From NCBI GenBank assembly GCA_021295755.1, contig JAGWBT010000002.1, positions 7,256 through 71,255 of the forward strand: a stretch of DNA of 64,000 nucleotides. Direction: 5' to 3'. Source of the stretch: Candidatus Poribacteria bacterium. Its GTDB lineage: Bacteria; Poribacteria; WGA-4E; PCPOR2b. Both the position numbers and the translations under genes were made by a program. Under the pieces are notes generated by a model. That model ran no database searches and was not told the origin of the DNA. It saw nothing but the letters and a program-made list of their open reading frames with translations. Numbering within the stretch: position 1 is the stretch's first letter; every line of letters starts with the position of its first letter. Below, piece after piece: positions 58,239 to 64,000 of the stretch.

Positions 58239-59388
58239 ATGTATACAACTAAGAAACTCAAAGTGTCACCGACCCCTGAATTGGATACGCTTGCCCATGA
58301 ATCAGGTTGTTGCTATTCAAAGATAGTTTCGCTGATTCACAAGGTCCGAAAGAAAAAAGGGTTTTGGCTATCTCAAGGAGCCGTCCAAAAGTATATGCGC
58401 TTGCGTGGATGCAATCTTCATTCACAGACAGTGCAAGCGATAATCCAATCCTATTTTGACTCACTCAAGAGTTACTTTCGTGCTGTCAAGAGTAATTGAG
58501 ATGCCAAACCACCGTTTCGGACTCGCCGTTTCTACAAGGTGCGTTGGATACAAAATGGTATTACCTTCATAGATGGTGTTATCCGACTGTCAAATGGTAA
58601 AGGTAATGCGGCTATCCCCCTCAAATCAGATGTAAAGCCAGTGTATGTAGAAGTACTTCCAACGGGGCAGTTACTACTTTTCATTGGTTTACAAAGCACA
58701 AACACCGCCCAAGCGTGAGACGGGTAAAGTGGTTGCTATAGACATGGGTGAAATCCACCCGATAGTTTCTCATGACGGCGACCACACCATAATCTACAAC
58801 GGGCGCGCTTTACGTGCTATTAAGCAATATCTGAACAAAGTGAAGACCATTTTCCAATCCAAAATGGACAAGTGCAAGAAACGGTCTAAACGTTGGTATC
58901 ATCTCAAGCGAGTTAAGCAGAAGATGTTAGCAAAATTGAATGCTCAAATCAATGATGCTGAACATAAAATCACGAGTCGATTCATATCTGACTGCATCAA
59001 GGCGAAGGCAGATACGATAGTGATGGAAGACCTAAATGGCATCCGTGACCAAGCGAAGTTTAGTAAGAAGGCTAACCAGAAGGTGCACCAGTGGGCGTTT
59101 GCCCGACTCCAATTCATGATATGCTACAAAGCAGAACTTGCAGGACTCAAAGTCCAGCTTGTATCTGAGGCATACACCTCTCAGACCTGTCCGCAGTGTG
59201 GCAATCGAAAGAAGCCAACCAGCCGGAACTATCAGTGCAATCACTGCGGCTTTGAATATCACCGAGATGGTGTAGGTGCAATCAACCTCTGGAATAAAGT
59301 ATCGGGATTCATACTGAGTCCCGTAGTTGGGGCGATGGCGTCCCCGATAGGTGTCCGGTTCAATCCACACCTATTTAAACTCGGCTAG
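58239..59388 (+). pseudogene. tnpB: disrupted IS200/IS605-family tnpB (IS1341-like, no tnpA seen)
   Basis: The N-terminal 86 codons (MYTTKKLKVSPTPELDTLAHESGCCYSKIV…) end in a stop at 58499. The C-terminal part resumes in another frame at 58684. RuvC-I (VAIDMGE), RuvC-II (IVMEDL), the zinc finger (CPQCGN…CNHCG) and RuvC-III (HRDGVGAINL) are intact, but the reading frame is broken between the halves. Confidence 0.7.
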
Positions 59389-59418
59389 CACAGCGTGTAA
59401 GAATCCCCTCCCCTCAGG

Positions 59419-61608
59419 GTGGGGGAGTACGTCAAAGAGTCTTCAGTCTCAATGATATGGATTACCGAAATAGTCTTAACAAAACTGAGTGCACTTCACG
59501 TGATATTCGGAGTGCGATGCTATCTTTCAGTATGTTTCATGTTATGCGTGACAACTACGATATATGGTGCTGAGGAGCAGGCGACAATAGGTGCCCGTGC
59601 CATCGGTATGGGAGGGGCATTCATCGGGGTTGCGGACGATGAAAACGCCGTGCGTCGAAACCCCGCCGGACTGCCCCGTTTGGATAGATATGCTGTAGGG
59701 TTTGAACAGACGCCCTCTGGGTTGTTCAAGGCATTGGAAACAAGCTATCTCAGCGCGGTTTTGCCAACCTCCGAGAAGATGGCGCTCGGCATTGATTGGC
59801 TGCAGGTTGGTATTGAAGACGAAGAGCTTGATTCAAGTCGTAGCAGCTTCAACTTCGCTTATAGTTATGCTCCCTTGTCTCAACTATCCCTTGGGGCAAA
59901 TCTAAAATACTTTACGTGGTCAATTGCACTGGATGGTCGATCAAGAGGGGCAGCAACAGGTTGGGGCACGGATGTTGGTCTTCTGTACCAGCCGCACCCC
60001 CGCTGGAAGTTGGGGATACTTGCGCAAGATTTTATCGGTTTTGGATCTAGGGAAGGATTGAGCTACGGCACTTGGATACGTCACGATTCAGATGTCAGCG
60101 AAAAGGTCTTTCCAACTGCATACAAATTTGGTATCGCATATCGTCCCGTTTCAGATTGGCTAATCTCGGCAGATCTGACAGACCGGTTGCAGCTCGGCAC
60201 AGAATTTGGGCCGACTCAAAATTTTGCCCTCCGTGCAGGATTCCAGAAAGATTTGTATACATCGGAGCCGCCGACCTATTCGATAGGCGGAAGCATAAGA
60301 TATAGATGGATGGATTTTAACGTTGCGTATCTTCTCCCTCCGACGTTGCCACCAACTGCCTATGTTGGGCTTTCACTCAGCTTCGATTTTCGGAAGTTGC
60401 CGGTGCTCATTGAGGATGTTCGCATAAGAGATCTCTATCCGGTTCTTCGTCGGTATTATGCTACATCGAATCGAGATCTAGAGAAGGAGATCTTGGATAG
60501 TGCTACGCCGCTCGTAATTACAGAGGCGGATCGAGAGTATTACTATCCACTTGAGAGAGCGAATCAGATTGGAAGGATTTGGCTCAAAAACGAGAGCAAC
60601 AAAGAGATAACCGTTCATATCAAACTCTTTATTCCTGAATTTGTCAGCAAAAACGGCACGGAAGTTGCTTCTGTTATTGAAATGCAGCCGTTAGAACGCG
60701 CTTCGGTGCCAATACAACAACTGGTCTTAACACCGAAGGCGCTGCAATTGTCGCAAAATCAACCTGTCGAGGCACAGATTCAAGTGATTGAGAGCGGTGG
60801 CTCCGCCTACCGAACTTTTCCTGTAACATTTTTGTTACACGATAATCATTCAATCCAGTTGGATGATGTTGCGAAACTTGCTTGTTTCATTTCCTCGGAA
60901 AGTTCGGCGGCGGATTCGGCAATTGGTGCGTTCATCAATCAGGTGCGTACTGCATTTCAGACGGAGATGGATACTGTGGATATGCCAGAGAATTTGTATG
61001 TCGCCATGTTGTTATTTAATGTTCTGCACGGTGTATCGTATGCGCGGGATCCAAATATACCACGGCAGAGGGGGACAATTGATGAAATTAAGTATCCCCA
61101 TGAAATGCTGGAGAGCCTCATGGGGCAGCACTCAGGAGATGACGATAAATCGACCTTTGGCGACTGTGATGACAGCACAGTCCTTTACTGCTCTCTGCTT
61201 GAATCAGTTGGCATCAAAACAGCACTCATTCAATTACAAAGTCATGTGTTGATGGCATTCAATCTAGGCAATATTTCTGTTAAACAAGCGCAGGAGATAG
61301 GCTTGCCCAACGATTACTACGAGACAGTCAACGGGCAGGCTTGGATTCCGATTGAGACAACCCTTATCAACAAAGGCTTTGCCGCTGCATGGCAGGAAGG
61401 GGGTCGATCGCTCCAAGCGGTAAATATCCGGGCTGAAACTGTTGAGGATGCCTGGGAAAAATATGGTGAGAGTTCCTTGCCGGGAAAACCGATCCAGTTT
61501 TCTATTCCAAAAGACCTCACCCAAAAACGGATCGATGCGGACCTCGCCACTCCATGGCTGATGGAATTTTTGAACGCACTCTCCGACGTTAGTCCATTAG
61601 TAGATTAG
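59419..61608 (+). CDS. outer-membrane FadL/PorV-like beta-barrel fused to C-terminal transglutaminase-like cysteine-protease domain
   Basis: N-terminal GARAIGMGGAFIGVADDENAVRRNPAGL resembles the FadL/PorV barrel N-terminal motif. C-terminal GDCDDSTVLYCSLLESVGIKTALIQLQSHVLMAF carries the transglutaminase-like Cys/His core. The true start is uncertain (possibly the GTG near 59509). Confidence 0.65.
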   Translation: MGEYVKESSVSMIWITEIVLTKLSALHVIFGVRCYLSVCFMLCVTTTIYGAEEQATIGARAIGMGGAFIGVADDENAVRRNPAGLPRLDRYAVGFEQTPSGLFKALETSYLSAVLPTSEKMALGIDWLQVGIEDEELDSSRSSFNFAYSYAPLSQLSLGANLKYFTWSIALDGRSRGAATGWGTDVGLLYQPHPRWKLGILAQDFIGFGSREGLSYGTWIRHDSDVSEKVFPTAYKFGIAYRPVSDWLISADLTDRLQLGTEFGPTQNFALRAGFQKDLYTSEPPTYSIGGSIRYRWMDFNVAYLLPPTLPPTAYVGLSLSFDFRKLPVLIEDVRIRDLYPVLRRYYATSNRDLEKEILDSATPLVITEADREYYYPLERANQIGRIWLKNESNKEITVHIKLFIPEFVSKNGTEVASVIEMQPLERASVPIQQLVLTPKALQLSQNQPVEAQIQVIESGGSAYRTFPVTFLLHDNHSIQLDDVAKLACFISSESSAADSAIGAFINQVRTAFQTEMDTVDMPENLYVAMLLFNVLHGVSYARDPNIPRQRGTIDEIKYPHEMLESLMGQHSGDDDKSTFGDCDDSTVLYCSLLESVGIKTALIQLQSHVLMAFNLGNISVKQAQEIGLPNDYYETVNGQAWIPIETTLINKGFAAAWQEGGRSLQAVNIRAETVEDAWEKYGESSLPGKPIQFSIPKDLTQKRIDADLATPWLMEFLNALSDVSPLVD

Positions 61609-61678
61609 TACATTCATTAATGAACCTGTAAACGAATGAACCAATGAACTAAAATAGGTTACACTAGGAGGAAACTCA

Positions 61679-62554
61679 ATGATAGCCCACAAAACCTTGA
61701 CCTCTACAATCTGTTTACTCTGTATGATGCTGGCGTACACCTCGTATGCCGAATCGGGAGAGTCAACAGCGACATTTACATTTGGTGAGATAGAAATTCT
61801 AAAAACTGGCGAACAGGAGTGGCGTTTTCTGGAGAAAGGCATGGTCCTCGCTGCAGACGATTTAGTGCGAATGCCACCTTTCTCGCTGATGCGATTAAAA
61901 ATAGAAGATGACACCCGCTTACCGACCCTGTCAGGTGGACGTGAGGTCCTTGTTCGTACGTTAATCAATGAAGGACTTCAGCACCGGGAAGCCCAAAAAG
62001 GGAGGCGGATTAGTGAAGATTTTGATGAAGATCCCGCAACGGATGTGCTGCCCGTTGGCAATAAGCGAAAAACACGGAATCGCGCTTCGGCTCTTGAGGG
62101 ACTACCTGCGGTGAAGGTAAGCCAGAGTGAACTGGAAACCCTCCGGCACAAAATCGATCTGCTTCCCGATGAGATTGCATCGTTGGTCTCTCCTGTCCTC
62201 GTTAACTCTGTCCGAGAAAATGCGGAAGATCCTGTGTATCCTGCGCCCAATCTGGACTTAGCTCGAAAAATCTACGGTATACTCAACAAGATTGAGGTGA
62301 AAATATCACGTCGTCCTTTGCTGTATGCTCAACTGCTTCACCATGCTGGTCTTAATGTTGATCTCGACGTAAATGAAAAAGGGCAGCTGTTCGTTGTTTT
62401 TGACAGTGAGGTCCTCTCCAACAACGCCAAACAGATTGCCGCAAATCAGCAGTTAATCCACGAGAGGCAGGGGGAAGATACGGTCTGGATTGCTGTGCAG
62501 ATCCAATCGTCTCAACAGAATTTCACGACAGCGTGGTATCAAGGGAGTCAGTAG
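61679..62554 (+). CDS. hypothetical secreted protein
   Basis: Signal peptide (ICLLCMMLAYTSYA). No known motif. Confidence 0.45.
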   Translation: MIAHKTLTSTICLLCMMLAYTSYAESGESTATFTFGEIEILKTGEQEWRFLEKGMVLAADDLVRMPPFSLMRLKIEDDTRLPTLSGGREVLVRTLINEGLQHREAQKGRRISEDFDEDPATDVLPVGNKRKTRNRASALEGLPAVKVSQSELETLRHKIDLLPDEIASLVSPVLVNSVRENAEDPVYPAPNLDLARKIYGILNKIEVKISRRPLLYAQLLHHAGLNVDLDVNEKGQLFVVFDSEVLSNNAKQIAANQQLIHERQGEDTVWIAVQIQSSQQNFTTAWYQGSQ

Positions 62555-62625
62555 TAGAGGGAAAACAGGGGAGTGAGCCCGTGAGCAAATAAGTTGATTG
62601 CACATTTTACGCCTCACCCAACTTT

Positions 62626-64000
62626 ATGCTCTCAAAACTAGCGCGATCTCAGAAAGTATATCTCCTGATCGGCATCGTGAGCCTGCTGCCGTTCATAGTA
62701 GTTGGGTTTCTACGTGATCTGGGTACTTTTGAGTTTATTGAACTGAAGACGCTAGATAGCCGACTACGGTGGACTGCGCCTCCTGTTCCGCCAATTTCCT
62801 CTCAAGTTGCGTTGGTTACGATTGATGCCAAGAGTGAGGAGGTGCTTGGGCCGATGCCATGGCGTTCCGATCTTTACGCTGCGTTGATAAGAACTCTCCA
62901 GCAAGTAGATCCGAAGGCAATCGGTTTAGTTGCATCATTCAATCGTGAGTGGCCAGACGCACAGCGGATTCCCGGTAAAAAGCTATTTGTTATCCGGCCC
63001 TACCCTAAGCCGAAGACCGTAGACCGTCATGTGCTGCCAAAAGTCACCGATTGGCGCACCTTACCCGATAGTTTAGCACAAGCGCAGGGTTGGGGCTTTA
63101 GCTATTTTCCATTGAGTGATTCCGATGGCATTTGCCGCTCTGCTCAACTTGTCGTCGAAGATCGTGCCACAGGGACCTATCGTTACTCCCTCGTAATGTC
63201 GATCCTGTATCAAACCTATGGTGTTTTCCCGACCGCCGTAAAAGTGCGGGAGGGATTTTGGATTGGAAAACATCTGGAATTCAACTCGCCGGCGGGAGAG
63301 GTGGTTCGTATTCCTATTGACTCACGGGGGCGATTGTTCATTCGATTTGCCGGTGATGAGGGGGTGTTTCAACCTGTTTCTTTTGTTGATGCCCTATCAA
63401 TGTCGGATAATGAGACGGACCGATTTCGGCACGAATTTAGCAATAAGTGCATGTTGATTGGTATCACGACGGAAGGTGTCAACAAAAGGGCGACACCTTT
63501 GGGTGAACTGTCAGCACTGGCTCTGCGGGCAAATCTTCTCAACGGTCTGTTAAATCAAGATTTCGTTTGGCAATTTAGTCGAGGTGGAAATCGGCTCTAT
63601 ATTGTTTGTCTTGCGATTCTCTCTGCTGTAGCAACAATATTAATCTACCGGAGCGGACATAGTTACCGATCTATGCTACTTTTTGGCAGCGGATTGATAC
63701 TATGTCACCTTCTTTTTGTTGGTGGGATGTTTGTTCTCTTTGACCTTTGGATTGAAGTTACCGGATCAAGTCTGGCATTGCTGCTTAGTAGTGGGATCAG
63801 CAGCTTACTCCTAGCGCATCTTCGGCTGCGGCATTTGCTAGGGCAGTTACAAACGACGCAAGATCAGTTGGTCAGATCAGAAAAAGAAGCTGTGTTTGGT
63901 GTGATGTCGGCACGTGTTCGCCATGAGTTACGAAATGCCCTGAACCTGATCCGGGCTCCTGCAGAAATGATCCGGGTTAACTTCCAAAAGCAAGACCCTC
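62626..64000 (+). CDS. CHASE2-domain sensor histidine kinase, 3'-partial (runs off the window)
   Basis: The ATG at 62626 opens a frame to the window end that is not in the ORF track because it has no stop. The N-terminal TM helix, the periplasmic CHASE2-like domain and 3 TM helices are followed by the HisKA H-box VRHELRNALNLI. Confidence 0.7.
   Translation, partial: MLSKLARSQKVYLLIGIVSLLPFIVVGFLRDLGTFEFIELKTLDSRLRWTAPPVPPISSQVALVTIDAKSEEVLGPMPWRSDLYAALIRTLQQVDPKAIGLVASFNREWPDAQRIPGKKLFVIRPYPKPKTVDRHVLPKVTDWRTLPDSLAQAQGWGFSYFPLSDSDGICRSAQLVVEDRATGTYRYSLVMSILYQTYGVFPTAVKVREGFWIGKHLEFNSPAGEVVRIPIDSRGRLFIRFAGDEGVFQPVSFVDALSMSDNETDRFRHEFSNKCMLIGITTEGVNKRATPLGELSALALRANLLNGLLNQDFVWQFSRGGNRLYIVCLAILSAVATILIYRSGHSYRSMLLFGSGLILCHLLFVGGMFVLFDLWIEVTGSSLALLLSSGISSLLLAHLRLRHLLGQLQTTQDQLVRSEKEAVFGVMSARVRHELRNALNLIRAPAEMIRVNFQKQDP

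Noticed and set aside
58066-58464. ORFs 58066-58326 (+) and 58258-58464 (-) in the IS remnant
   Set aside because: They overlap the tnpB N-terminal fragment and left-end region of the decayed IS200/IS605 element and have no homology. The tnpB-frame interpretation explains the region better.

Overview
The window is a 64 kb chromosomal segment (about 50% GC) from an uncultivated bacterium. Secretion-tail domains (T9SS/FlgD-Ig type C-terminal domains), DUF5916-type outer-membrane proteins and a FadL/PorV-like barrel suggest an FCB-superphylum-like lineage, but that is inference only. Housekeeping genes on both strands are purN, murA, hisD, htpG, leuB, pdxH, argH and the conserved rnpA-yidD-yidC-jag-mnmE cluster. 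Accessory genes are interleaved with them: BNR/Asp-box propellers, two phytanoyl-CoA dioxygenases, an M81 peptidase, an enolase-superfamily dehydratase, methyltransferase-like genes and OmpA. The most notable signals are these. (1) A thioredoxin-fold gene has an in-frame TGA exactly at the first Cys of its CxxC motif and a hairpin immediately downstream, so it is probably a selenocysteine-containing oxidoreductase. (2) A roughly 13 kb cluster holds four paralogous genes for ~750-aa DUF5916/CBM9-like outer-membrane proteins around a beta-propeller gene, an ABC exporter with an unusual N-terminal extension, and a DUF1854 gene. Two of the paralogs share a near-identical DNA tract. (3) An intergenic repeat family of about 0.45 kb has two copies, one with 13-bp terminal inverted repeats, so it looks like a MITE. 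(4) A group II intron remnant keeps a canonical 34-nt domain V but only a fragment of its reverse-transcriptase ORF. (5) An IS200/IS605-type tnpB gene is disrupted. (6) A 5'-truncated type IIG restriction/methyltransferase C-terminal fragment is present. No rRNA, tRNA or CRISPR array was found by eye.
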